Of a stretch of DNA of 64,000 nt, positions 18,589 through 27,307 are shown piece after piece. A program made the position numbers and the translations under genes. This DNA is from an uncultured Candidatus Saccharibacteria bacterium (lineage in GTDB: Bacteria > Patescibacteriota > Saccharimonadia > UBA4664 > CAZJNH01). Below the pieces are notes generated by a model. It had not been told where the DNA came from. It made no database searches and was given only the letters and a program-made list of their open reading frames with translations. How positions within the stretch are numbered: the first letter of the stretch is position 1; each line of letters starts with the position of its first letter. The stretch lies in assembly GCA_964547425.1 (NCBI GenBank), contig CAZJNH010000005.1:17703-81702 (forward strand), read 5' to 3'.

Positions 18589-20694
18589 TTACTGGTCGAC
18601 GGCTTTTTTGGAGAGCTTGAGACGTCCTTGGGGATCAATCTCGGTTAACTTAACCTTTATGATATCACCTTCCTTCAGCTCATCCTCAACTTTCTCAACC
18701 CGGTGGTCGGCGATCTGTGAGATGTGTAAGAGGCCGTCTTTGCCCGGCATAATCTCTACGAACGCGCCAAAGTCTTTGATCGAAACGACTTTGCCTTCGT
18801 AGATCCGGCCGATCTCGGGGTCTTCGGTCAGACCCTTGATCCATTCAATCGCCTTTTCGGCGGCGGGCTGGTCATTTGATGCAATCATCACGAGTCCGTT
18901 GTCCTCGATGTCGATCTCGACTCCGGTTTCGGCGATGATCTTATTGATCATTTCGCCGCCTTTGCCGATAACCACTTTGATCTTGTCGGGGCTAATCATC
19001 AGCTTGTGGATCTGCGGCGCGAATTTGGACAGTTCGGCCCGCGGCTTGTCGAGCGCTGCCATCATCTTACCCATAATGTGAGCCCGGCCTTCCTTAGCTT
19101 GAGCTAGCGCATGGCGCATAATCTCGGGCGTAATGCCTTTAACTTTAATGTCCATCTGCAGGGCGGTAATACCGTCGTCGGTCCCGGCCACCTTAAAGTC
19201 CATGTCACCGGCAAAGTCCTCGGCTCCGGCGATGTCGGACAGGATCACAAACTGGTCACCATCGGTCATCAGTCCCATAGCGATTCCGGCCACCGGCTTT
19301 ACCAGCGGCACTCCGGCGTCCATTAGTGAAAGGGTTGAACCGCAAACACTGGCCATGCTGGTCGAACCGTTTGAGGCCAAAGCCTCCGACACGGTGCGAA
19401 TAGTGTAAGGAAACTCCTCGACATCGGGAATCATCGGCTCTAACGCCCGCTCGGCCAAGGCTCCGTGGCCAATTTCGCGGCGGCCCGGGCTACGCATTGG
19501 GCGCACTTCGCCGGTCGAGTATGGCGGGAAGTTGTAGTGGTGCAAATAGCGTTTGGTAGTGTCCTCTTCCATAGTGTCGATCAACTGGGCGAAACTCGTT
19601 GACGCCAAGGTCGTAATGTTCAGGATCTGCGTAGTGCCTCGAGTAAACAGCGCCGAACCGTGGGTCCGGGGCAAAACTCCGACTTCGCAGGTAATCGGGC
19701 GAATCTCGGTGGTCTTGCGGTTGTCCGGCCGGTGGCCTTCGGAGAGAATCGCCCGGCGGATTTCTTTGTCGATAGCTTTGTCGAAAGCCACTTTAATCTG
19801 GTCGATCGCGTGATCACCTTCGAATTTGGCGATGACTTCTTTGGCTAGATTCCCCAGTGTGTCGTGGCGGGTGTACTGGTTCTCGTGGCGAACGGCGGCG
19901 CCCAGCTTGTCTTTGAGGTAATCGTCGACTTGCTTGGCTAGGCTCTCATCAACCTTATAAAGCTCAAATTCCTTCTCTTTGACGCCTAGTTCCTTGCGCA
20001 TCTGCTCCTGCAGCTCGATCACCGGTTGGATGGTCTTGTGCGCCAGCTCAATAGCCTTAATCATGGTCTCTTCATCGACTTCGCTGGCCCCGGCTTCGAC
20101 CATCATAATGGCGTCCTTAGTGCCGGCAACGGTCAGGTCGAGTTGGCTGTTTTCCAGCTGTTCGGTGGTTGGGAACGGCACGAGCTCGCCGTTAACCAGT
20201 CCGACCCGGATGCCGGCAACCGGGCCTTCAAAGGGCGCGCCGGACAGGTTTAGAGCCGCCGAAATGGCGGTGATGGCAATGATGTCAGGTGAGTGGATTA
20301 AGTCGGCCGACAACACCGTCGCCACGCCCTGAACATCGTTGCGGTAGCCTTTGGGAAACAATGGCCGGATCGGCCGGTCGATTAAGCGCGCCGATAGCGT
20401 TGCGTGCTCGCTGGCACGGCCTTCTCTTTTAATAAAGCGCGAGCCGGAGATTTTGCCGGCGGCGTACATCCGCTCTTCGTAATCAATCAAAAGCGGGAAA
20501 AAGTCGATGCCTTCGCGCGGCTGGTTAGCCACCACAACGGTGCCCAAAACCACCGTATCGCCATAGCGGACGGTCACGGCGGCGTCGGCCAAAAAGGCCA
20601 TTTTGCCCGTTTCGATTGTTAGTTTGCGTCCCGCGAATTCGGTTTCGAATCGCTTAATATTGTCCGCGTCGTGCGGACCAATCAGGTTTTCCAT
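18589..20694 (-). CDS. pnp: Polyribonucleotide nucleotidyltransferase (PNPase)
   Basis: 701 aa with two RNase PH domains plus KH and S1 domains. Confidence 0.95.
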   Translation of the reverse strand: MENLIGPHDADNIKRFETEFAGRKLTIETGKMAFLADAAVTVRYGDTVVLGTVVVANQPREGIDFFPLLIDYEERMYAAGKISGSRFIKREGRASEHATLSARLIDRPIRPLFPKGYRNDVQGVATVLSADLIHSPDIIAITAISAALNLSGAPFEGPVAGIRVGLVNGELVPFPTTEQLENSQLDLTVAGTKDAIMMVEAGASEVDEETMIKAIELAHKTIQPVIELQEQMRKELGVKEKEFELYKVDESLAKQVDDYLKDKLGAAVRHENQYTRHDTLGNLAKEVIAKFEGDHAIDQIKVAFDKAIDKEIRRAILSEGHRPDNRKTTEIRPITCEVGVLPRTHGSALFTRGTTQILNITTLASTSFAQLIDTMEEDTTKRYLHHYNFPPYSTGEVRPMRSPGRREIGHGALAERALEPMIPDVEEFPYTIRTVSEALASNGSTSMASVCGSTLSLMDAGVPLVKPVAGIAMGLMTDGDQFVILSDIAGAEDFAGDMDFKVAGTDDGITALQMDIKVKGITPEIMRHALAQAKEGRAHIMGKMMAALDKPRAELSKFAPQIHKLMISPDKIKVVIGKGGEMINKIIAETGVEIDIEDNGLVMIASNDQPAAEKAIEWIKGLTEDPEIGRIYEGKVVSIKDFGAFVEIMPGKDGLLHISQIADHRVEKVEDELKEGDIIKVKLTEIDPQGRLKLSKKAVDQ

Positions 20695-20790
20695 TTACTC
20701 CTTTAATTTTGGTGAGTAAGTTTCAGGGTCCAGACCCGCCTCGGCGGATCAAAACTCTGCCACTTACTAACCTCTAATTATTTAATGTGC
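20695..20790 (-). promoter_or_regulatory. pnp leader with long stem-loop (candidate RNase III/autoregulatory site)
   Basis: Nested inverted repeats GUAAGUGG...CCGCC-GAG-GCGGG...CUUACUCACC lie between rpsO and pnp. Confidence 0.4.
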
Positions 20791-21057
20791 TTAGCGCCGA
20801 AGATCGAGCTTTTTGAGGATCGCCGTGTAGCGCTTGATGTCGGTCTTTTGCAGATACTCGAGCAGACTGCGCCGTTTGCCGACCATTTTGACCAAGCCGC
20901 GGCGGCTGTGCTCATCCTTTTTGTGGGTCTTCAAGTGCTTGGTCAGTTCTTTGATTTTCTCGGTGAAAATCGCGACCTGAACCTCCGGTGAACCGGTGTC
21001 TTTCTTGTGGGTCGCAACCCCGCTGATTACTTTGGATTTTTCGGCGGTTTTTAGCAT
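20791..21057 (-). CDS. rpsO: 30S ribosomal protein S15
   Basis: Conserved ...[20 protein letters not shown].... ORF-track start trimmed to the internal Met (MLKTAEK). Confidence 0.85.
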   Translation of the reverse strand: MLKTAEKSKVISGVATHKKDTGSPEVQVAIFTEKIKELTKHLKTHKKDEHSRRGLVKMVGKRRSLLEYLQKTDIKRYTAILKKLDLRR

Positions 21058-21163
21058 CGCAATGGGTAATTCTACCAGTTCCGCTCTCACGTTTCAACCA
21101 TTAGGGTTAACTTGATAATTGCGTTTGCGGGAGTCGGCCAAGTGCCGACCCCCGCTGTGTTCC

Positions 21164-21415
21164 TCAGTCCGTCATGAGGCGATCCTCAGTTAATGCGAAC
21201 AACCATAGCATCTTCGCATGACGCGGAGAGGTTACGAGAAGTCGCGCTTCCTCCGCCGAGATGCCAGCGAGACGGATCATCTCTAGCAAGCGGCGAGGTG
21301 TAGGAACGGAACTTCTGTGAGGCGTTGAGGCATCGAGCGCCGACTGAATACGATCTAGGTCATCGGCCGAGAGATCGTCGTCGAGGGCGCGCTCGAGCAG
21401 TTCAATAGCGGTCAC
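21164..21415 (-). CDS. Small acidic protein (83 aa), function unknown
   Basis: GTG start preceded by a GAAAGGAAAG RBS. It lies downstream of copy 1 of the 28-bp promoter-like motif. GC is higher than in flanking genes. Confidence 0.45.
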   Translation of the reverse strand: MTAIELLERALDDDLSADDLDRIQSALDASTPHRSSVPTPRRLLEMIRLAGISAEEARLLVTSPRHAKMLWLFALTEDRLMTD

Positions 21416-21558
21416 TGTCTTTCCTTTCGTTTCACGGAAATGAACAGGGTCGCTTTAATAGGAGGTGTGTCTGACAATGTGGTCAGTATTACACGCAAAA
21501 CTCCTCACTTGAGGGGACATTTGAAAGAGCGTAGAGCGTAATTAGTTTACACTATTTA

Positions 21559-21586
21559 TGCTTATCTGTCAATAGCTGTTATGGTT
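21559..21586 (-). promoter_or_regulatory. 28-bp repeated promoter-like motif, copy 1 (TGCTTATCTGTCAATAGCTGTTATGGTT)
   Basis: The minus strand reads TTGACA-17-TAAACT. The same sequence recurs at 22280..22307 with 1 mismatch. Confidence 0.5.
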
Positions 21587-21663
21587 ACCTTTCGTCCTTT
21601 TGGACTCATCAGAGTGAACACGCATTCACTGAGGTTGCCCGGTTTAACCCCCGGGCTGGGCTT

Positions 21664-21894
21664 TCAGTCGAATACGAAACCAATTCGTTCGTAATCTTGC
21701 TTTCGTGAGTAAGGCGCGCCCAGTAGGATGCGCACTTCTTCCCAAAAGTGATGGACGCTCTGCACCGTAAAGAGCTCTGTGCCTGGAGCGGGCTGGATGG
21801 CTTCACCCACAACAGGCAAACGCTCCCAGGGGTGATCTTCCAGAACGAGTTCGCCCCAGCCGACCTCACAATCGATGTACAAGACCAGTTTCAT
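21664..21894 (-). CDS. Small protein (76 aa), function unknown
   Basis: ATG start 8 nt after an AGGAGG RBS that overlaps the stop of the upstream ORF. Confidence 0.45.
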   Translation of the reverse strand: MKLVLYIDCEVGWGELVLEDHPWERLPVVGEAIQPAPGTELFTVQSVHHFWEEVRILLGAPYSRKQDYERIGFVFD

Positions 21895-21906
21895 TTTCCC
21901 CACCTC

Positions 21907-22224
21907 CTAGCCTTCTCTGTCGAGCTGGATCCGACAGTGGATCAAGACGTCGTGTCCGTTCACGATATCCGGACAACTTGGTTTGCCGTGGAAGGTCCCC
22001 GAACGTTCGTGGGTTGTGCCATCCGGACGCTGGTAAACACCCAGGAAGCTGCCGGTCTTTACCCAAGTGGTAGACGCAGGCTGGATCGGCACTGGACTAG
22101 GAGTCGGTACCTCCCGGTGCGAAGCCGCGCCGCCAAGGCCGATGATGGCGAATCCGCCGGCAAAAGCGGCGATCGCCACCCATACCGCGATCTTGCGCAA
22201 CTGCTTTTTTCTGCGGTAACGCAT
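21907..22224 (-). CDS. Small membrane-anchored protein (105 aa; basic N-terminus, one TM helix, exposed C-terminal domain)
   Basis: ATG 6 nt after an AGGAGG RBS, about 35 nt downstream of motif copy 2 (minus strand TTGACA-17-TAAGAT). Confidence 0.5.
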   Translation of the reverse strand: MRYRRKKQLRKIAVWVAIAAFAGGFAIIGLGGAASHREVPTPSPVPIQPASTTWVKTGSFLGVYQRPDGTTHERSGTFHGKPSCPDIVNGHDVLIHCRIQLDREG

Positions 22225-22279
22225 CCCATCCTCCTGCGTTTGAATATGTCGAAGAGCTCACGAGATCTTACATTAAAAC

Positions 22280-22307
22280 TGCTTATCTGTCAATACCTGT
22301 TATGGTT
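22280..22307. promoter_or_regulatory. 28-bp repeated promoter-like motif, copy 2 (TGCTTATCTGTCAATACCTGTTATGGTT); possibly divergent promoter
   Basis: Minus strand: TTGACA-17-TAAGAT. Plus strand: extended -10-like TGTTATGGT upstream of the ORF at 22326. Confidence 0.5.
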
Positions 22308-22325
22308 CGTGATAGGATTAGATTT

Positions 22326-22562
22326 ATGCATTGGCAGGACATTGTATTGGCAGCTGGATCGTTCGTTTTTGCCGTGGCCTTAATTCCTACAGTATTAAGC
22401 AAAGAGAAGCCGCCACTATCGACCAGCCTGCTGACCGGCATAACCTTGCTGGTATTTGCGGTCGTCTACGCCACTCTCTCATTATGGCTATCCTTCTTCA
22501 GCACCTGTATAACGGCCGCGCTTTGGCTGACGATCGCGGCTCAAAGACTGATTAAAGTCTGA
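22326..22562 (+). CDS. Small integral membrane protein (2-3 TM helices), function unknown
   Basis: ORF 22302..22562 trimmed to MHWQDIVLAAGSFVFAVALIP.... The hydrophobic segments support coding. The 3' end overlaps truB by about 22 nt. Confidence 0.4.
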   Translation: MHWQDIVLAAGSFVFAVALIPTVLSKEKPPLSTSLLTGITLLVFAVVYATLSLWLSFFSTCITAALWLTIAAQRLIKV

Positions 22563-23203
22563 TTTATTTGTTCGGCGGAGGTATCGAGATCAACCGCATC
22601 CACGAGCTTAAAGTCACCGATTTCGGCTCGAGCGAGTTTCGATAAATATGCGCCTGCGCCGAGTTTTTGGCCAATATCTTGCGCTAAAGATCGTATGTAA
22701 GTGCCGCTTGAAACCTTGGCGGTAAAAGTGATCAGCGGATAGCGGTAATCGTTTAGTTTGGTGCTATGAATAGTTACTTTTCTCGAAGGGATTTCAACTT
22801 CTTGGCCTTTGCGGGCCAGTTTATAGGCCCGCTGGCCACCGACTTTGATGGCCGAAAATTGGGGCGGAGTTTGGTCTTGTTGACCAACAAATGAGTTCAA
22901 TACGGTTTCGACTTTTTTGGCCGTCGGGACATCATTATTTATTTTGTTCAATTCGCCCTCGGCATCGCCGGTAGTGGACTCAAAACCTAACGTCAGTTCG
23001 GCCTCATAAACTTTATCGAGTATGGAATAATTGCTGGCGGCCTTCGTCGCTGACCCGAATAACATTATCATCAAACCGGTCGCGAGAGGATCCAATGTCC
23101 CCGCATGCCCTATCTTCTTGAACCCGGTGATACGCCGAAGCTTGCGGATCACATCAAAAGACGAGATCCCCTTGGGCTTATTCACCAGTAGAATTCCATT
23201 CAT
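22541..23203 (-). CDS. truB: tRNA pseudouridine(55) synthase TruB
   Basis: GHAGTLDPLATG catalytic motif. Confidence 0.85.
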   Translation of the reverse strand: MNGILLVNKPKGISSFDVIRKLRRITGFKKIGHAGTLDPLATGLMIMLFGSATKAASNYSILDKVYEAELTLGFESTTGDAEGELNKINNDVPTAKKVETVLNSFVGQQDQTPPQFSAIKVGGQRAYKLARKGQEVEIPSRKVTIHSTKLNDYRYPLITFTAKVSSGTYIRSLAQDIGQKLGAGAYLSKLARAEIGDFKLVDAVDLDTSAEQINQTLISL

Positions 23204-23220
23204 AAAGTAACTCTACTGGT

Positions 23221-23327
23221 CAAACTCTAAGATTCAAACTCTAAGTCCTAAGTAAGTTTCAGGATTAAAGTCTTAAGTCTTTGAACTTTAATCTTACTTA
23301 GAGTTTAGAACTTAGTTCTTAGAGTTT
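23221..23327. repeat. CTAAG-unit palindromic intergenic element (copy A)
   Basis: The AAACTCTAAG units form a long imperfect inverted repeat with CTTAGAGTTT units. Related copies lie at 47380..47491 and 59272..59332. Confidence 0.6.
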
Positions 23328-24399
23328 ACGGCTCCAGGAAGCTGGCGAGTCCAGACTTGATGTGGTCAGGGAGCTCGAACTCAATTCTAGCTTCAGATTC
23401 CAGATCTTCGGCGGGTCCTTCGGCTTCCACTCTCGGTTGGGCTATTACCTCTGGCCGCTCTTCCATCTTCTCGGTGGGTTGAGGTTTGTCTTCAGACTTC
23501 GGCGGCTCAGCCTTCTCTGCCTTCTCGGCGCTGGCTTCTGGCAGCTGTTCTTTCTTCTGAGGCTCTGGATTCTTCAACTCGGCCAACTTCTTCAGCTCCT
23601 GCTGATTCTTCTCAGCTTGCTGCTGATGATCAGTGGCTGGTTCATGATGCCCAAACAATCCTTTGACTACCTTTGGCTGGTCAGCACCCGCGGCTATTAA
23701 CTGCGCTGAGAGAGTCAAAGATTTAGCCGTAGTGTGAGGGGCGGTGAAACGATCCGTTGATGCATACAGGCCGGCTAGCAGGGTTGTCGCGATCTCCTCA
23801 TCCAGGCTAACCTGCAAAGATTCCGCCAACGCGGCTAGAATCTCGCACAAACTGGCGGCCTGGCCATCGATTAAGTTAACCGCCGCGAAGTTCTCGTTTG
23901 AGCGATGGAAATCGATGTTAATCATCGGCACCTTGGCCGTGAATTCAGGGTGAGCCGAGATAACCTTGTCGATCCGGTCGCGGGCAGGAACACCCAAAAC
24001 GATGGCCAGGTCGTAGTTGTACTGCCCATGGTCAAACGTGACGTCGCCTTTATCAAAGCTGCCCGAGAACGGAGTAATAAATAAGTTCAGTTTGCCGTCT
24101 TCAATGGTGTAGCGCAGTTTGTCGATCTCGGCTTTAGATAAGCCCAACCGAATAATGAAGTCCCTCGAACCGCCTAGCTGCTTCTCGAGCTGATCCAGGG
24201 CGAGGAAGTTCAGTTTGTGGGGCAGTTGGTCGGAGATGACCGCGTTCACCCGCTTGCCCAGCTTGCGCAAAATCAACATCATCGCCAAAACCGCCGCGGC
24301 TTGGTCGGGCGTTGGCCGGTGGCCGGCGGTAACTAGAATCGTCTCGGCCTGTTTTATGGCTTCGGACGCTTGCTGTTTGGGATTTACGGTTTGTTCCAT
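23326..24399 (-). CDS. DHH/DHHA1 phosphoesterase (NrnA-like nanoRNase/pAp phosphatase) with Lys/Glu-rich C-terminal tail
   Basis: DHH-family motifs are present. Start trimmed to MEQTVNPK, which is preceded by a GAGGAAG RBS. Confidence 0.7.
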   Translation of the reverse strand: MEQTVNPKQQASEAIKQAETILVTAGHRPTPDQAAAVLAMMLILRKLGKRVNAVISDQLPHKLNFLALDQLEKQLGGSRDFIIRLGLSKAEIDKLRYTIEDGKLNLFITPFSGSFDKGDVTFDHGQYNYDLAIVLGVPARDRIDKVISAHPEFTAKVPMINIDFHRSNENFAAVNLIDGQAASLCEILAALAESLQVSLDEEIATTLLAGLYASTDRFTAPHTTAKSLTLSAQLIAAGADQPKVVKGLFGHHEPATDHQQQAEKNQQELKKLAELKNPEPQKKEQLPEASAEKAEKAEPPKSEDKPQPTEKMEERPEVIAQPRVEAEGPAEDLESEARIEFELPDHIKSGLASFLEP

Positions 24400-24512
24400 C
24401 TGGCTTCCTCGAAAAATACGATGGTCAAGAGTATCAAAAAACCGCCTTTGAGTCAACCATAAAAGAAATCCCGCACCCTTCTTACGAAAGGTGCGGGACT
24501 TGAGCCCCTCCC

Positions 24513-24845
24513 CTAGACGGGCTCAACCACGGGCCGCCGGTCCGGTCTGGACAGATAGCCGCCCTTTGGTTTCTGTATCAGGCCGAGGTAACGACGCAGA
24601 TCGCGCCTGTCCTGTTCAGTAACTCCGCCCCGGATGCCGTACTCCTCGTCGATGCCTTCCCACAAACAGTCCAGGCTGACATCACACGTTCGGCAAACCG
24701 CCTTCGCGGCCGCTATCTGCAAGAGCGCCGGCCCGGTAGTTCCGGATGGGAAGAACAGCTCCACATCCATCGTCTTGCACAGGCCCCGGCTCCAAACACT
24801 GCCCGACACACAGGATTCCTGCAGTTCCTGCTCGGTTGTCGCCAC
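24513..24845 (-). CDS. WhiB-like (Wbl) Fe-S transcription factor
   Basis: Four Cys in the WhiB arrangement (C...DVELFFP...AKAVCRTCDVSLDCL...GIRGGVTEQDRRDLRR). Confidence 0.7.
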   Translation of the reverse strand: MATTEQELQESCVSGSVWSRGLCKTMDVELFFPSGTTGPALLQIAAAKAVCRTCDVSLDCLWEGIDEEYGIRGGVTEQDRRDLRRYLGLIQKPKGGYLSRPDRRPVVEPV

Positions 24846-24966
24846 TGCACCCCTCTCGGTTCGTGCCTCCCCACTACCGTTTGGCTGGAAAATAATACTC
24901 CCAACTCGCTTTGTTGTCCAGATACTCCTTTACAAAGCCCCTTCTGTAAGATAGACTTTTCGAGTT

Positions 24967-25284
24967 ATGCCGATCATCAAATCAGCAATTAAGCGCGCGA
25001 AGCAGTCAGAAGTCCACCGCTTGCGCAACCTCAAAGTCAAAACCGCCATCAAAAAAGATATGCGGGCGGTTCTTGACGATGCCGCGGCCAAGGACGTCAA
25101 TGCCAAATTAAGCGCCGCTTTCTCGAAGATCGACAAAGCCGTCAAAACCGGCCTGATCCACAAAAACACCGCTGCCCGCCGCAAATCCAGGCTGGCTCGA
25201 ACCGTCAATCTATCCGCCAAAGCCAAGCCGGCGGCCAAAGCTACTGCTCCAACGAAGACTGCACCCGCCAAAAAGGCGGAATAA
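24967..25284 (+). CDS. rpsT: 30S ribosomal protein S20 (with Ala/Lys/Pro-rich C-terminal tail)
   Basis: [21 protein letters not shown]... is a typical S20 N-terminus. Confidence 0.9.
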   Translation: MPIIKSAIKRAKQSEVHRLRNLKVKTAIKKDMRAVLDDAAAKDVNAKLSAAFSKIDKAVKTGLIHKNTAARRKSRLARTVNLSAKAKPAAKATAPTKTAPAKKAE

Positions 25285-25475
25285 TGGCTGATCGGGAGGG
25301 TCCGGTCAGGGAAATGATCGAACTGACCGAACAGTTGGAGCGGCATCTTAAACTGCTACGTGATTACGCCGCTTCCCCGGGTGACTTGTGGCTGGCGCGC
25401 GGCGAACTCGCGAAGGCTAACGCCGCGCTGGCTGAAGCCGCCAAGCTTCTTAATGAAATTGAATCTATCGATTAA
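25284..25475 (+). CDS. Possible small helical protein (63 aa) coupled to rpsT
   Basis: The ATG overlaps the rpsT stop (TAATG). The sequence is helical and charged, with a convergent 11-nt overlap with holA. Speculative. Confidence 0.3.
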   Translation: MADREGPVREMIELTEQLERHLKLLRDYAASPGDLWLARGELAKANAALAEAAKLLNEIESID

Positions 25476-26400
25476 CCAGCTGGCAAACGCGATAAATTAA
25501 CCGCTCAACCAGCACCTCGGCCTCACCCAGGCCGCTTTTTATTTCGTACTCAGTTTCCAGAGACAGCAGGAAAGCCTTCTTGAGAGTTTCCTCCGAGAAT
25601 TCACCGCGCTTGGCCATGGCTTTACCGGCCACAAACGGCGACATCCCGGCCTTTTGGGCCAGTTCGTCCGGCGTGATAGTCCCCGCGGTTTTGGCCAGCA
25701 ATAAGTTACGCAGCTGCCAAGTGACCATTGTTAAAACGTAATGGGCATTCATCTGCTGCTCCAGCAGGTTTCGGTAATCGCTTAAAGCCTGCTTCAGCCG
25801 GCCGGCCGACATCGCCTCCACCAGATCAAAAATAGTCTGGCTGGGGCTTTCAACCACCAACTCCTCAACCTCTTTGAGACCAATCGTCTCGCCAAAGTTA
25901 GCCAGCTTCTGGATCTCGTTGTGGAGCCGCCACTGGTCATCCCCCGTGATATCAATAAGCTTTTTGACCGCCGGCTGATCCGCCTTACTGCCCAGCCTTT
26001 CAAACTCCCGCTTAGTCCAAGCCTCGAGCTTCGGCGGTATCAGGTTGTCAAACTTCACGGTCTGAGCTTTCTTCGATAATTGCTTGAAGTACGAGGTTCG
26101 CTGATCAACCGCGTCGTCATAGAAGACAGCCACCGTAGTGTCTGGGATCTGGTCAATTAATTTACTCATATTCTCGGCCGCGGCTTTGTTTTGACCAAGA
26201 TTCTCGATCACCACCAGCCGGCTGTTGGCCAAAAACGGTACCGAAGTCAGGCTCGCTAGCAGGGTTTGATCGTTGGTTTCGACACCATTTATCCGCTCAA
26301 GCCCCATATCGCCACCGGATTGTTTGACATAAGCATGTGTCATTTCGCGAATCTTCTGCCGCGCCGCGAAGCTGTTTGGCCCGTAGAAAAAGAAAATCAT
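25465..26400 (-). CDS. holA: DNA polymerase III delta subunit
   Basis: Delta-subunit-like AAA+ lid and C-terminal domains. Start trimmed to MIFFFYGPNSF. Confidence 0.7.
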   Translation of the reverse strand: MIFFFYGPNSFAARQKIREMTHAYVKQSGGDMGLERINGVETNDQTLLASLTSVPFLANSRLVVIENLGQNKAAAENMSKLIDQIPDTTVAVFYDDAVDQRTSYFKQLSKKAQTVKFDNLIPPKLEAWTKREFERLGSKADQPAVKKLIDITGDDQWRLHNEIQKLANFGETIGLKEVEELVVESPSQTIFDLVEAMSAGRLKQALSDYRNLLEQQMNAHYVLTMVTWQLRNLLLAKTAGTITPDELAQKAGMSPFVAGKAMAKRGEFSEETLKKAFLLSLETEYEIKSGLGEAEVLVERLIYRVCQLVNR

Positions 26401-27296
26401 TTCGGCGCCTTCTGGCACTTTGGGCAGAAATGGGTGCCGCGGCCGGCTACTCGAATCTTTTTGACCTCGGTGCCGCAAACTGGGCAGGGCTGGCCTTGGC
26501 GACGGAAGACGCGCGCAAGATCCAAGTAATCTCCTTTGCCACCCATATGATTAACGTAATTCCTCACGCTCGACCCGCCATGCTTAATTCCAAGTGTGAT
26601 TATATCTTTGATGGCCTGGTGCAACCGCTTGATCTCAGCCGGGGTAAGTGATCCTGCTAACCGTAAGGGATGAATCTTAGCCAAGTGCAGGCTCTCATCG
26701 GCGTAGATATTACCGACGCCTGAAACCGTTGATTGGTCGAGAATAACAGGTTTGATTGGCGATTTCGGACGGCGTTTGATGACTTTCGTGAAGCTATCAA
26801 GCGTGAAGTCTTTCGATAATGGCTCGGGACCTAATCTGGAAATCAACGGGTCGCGATCTACCATTGATGATTCCACCAGCTTGATCCAGCCAAACTTGCG
26901 TTGGTCGTTAAAGAACAGTTTGTCGCCGGTTTTGAACTCAAAAATTACCCGGGTCGATTTGTCCGGCAACTCGTCAACCATCGATGGCGACGGATGGCCT
27001 CCAACCTTACGGACATTTGACACTTGACCCTTAACCTCTGACTTGTGATCCCAGACCAATTGGCCGGTCATTTTGAGATGCACCAGAAGAGAATGGGAGC
27101 CAGAAAGATTAATGACTAAGACTTTGGCGCGGCGTTCGATACCATCGAACTTCGCGCCGATAACAAGCTTTTTTATCTCTTCGGCGGATGAGTGAAAAGA
27201 CTTGGCCCAGTCGATTTTTACGCCAGAAATCGTCTGGCCAACCAGGCCTTGCTCAAGCCCGCGCTTAATTGTCTCCACTTCGGGTAATTCTGGCAT
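26397..27296 (-). CDS. mutM: Formamidopyrimidine-DNA glycosylase
   Basis: N-terminal PELPEVE, and a C-terminal zinc finger CPVCGTEVKKIRVAGRGTHFCPKCQ. Confidence 0.85.
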   Translation of the reverse strand: MPELPEVETIKRGLEQGLVGQTISGVKIDWAKSFHSSAEEIKKLVIGAKFDGIERRAKVLVINLSGSHSLLVHLKMTGQLVWDHKSEVKGQVSNVRKVGGHPSPSMVDELPDKSTRVIFEFKTGDKLFFNDQRKFGWIKLVESSMVDRDPLISRLGPEPLSKDFTLDSFTKVIKRRPKSPIKPVILDQSTVSGVGNIYADESLHLAKIHPLRLAGSLTPAEIKRLHQAIKDIITLGIKHGGSSVRNYVNHMGGKGDYLDLARVFRRQGQPCPVCGTEVKKIRVAGRGTHFCPKCQKAPK

Positions 27297-27307
27297 GCAG
27301 CCATTAT

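Noticed and set aside
21609-21869. 86-aa ORF in an alternative frame overlapping ORF 21664..21894
   Set aside because: The overlapping frame 21664..21894 has a canonical AGGAGG RBS and stop/RBS coupling to the upstream gene. The alternative frame has neither.
23205-23335. CRISPR array hypothesis for the CTAAG-unit repeats
   Set aside because: The repeats are palindromic, contiguous, and lack unique spacers of regular length. No cas genes are present in the window.
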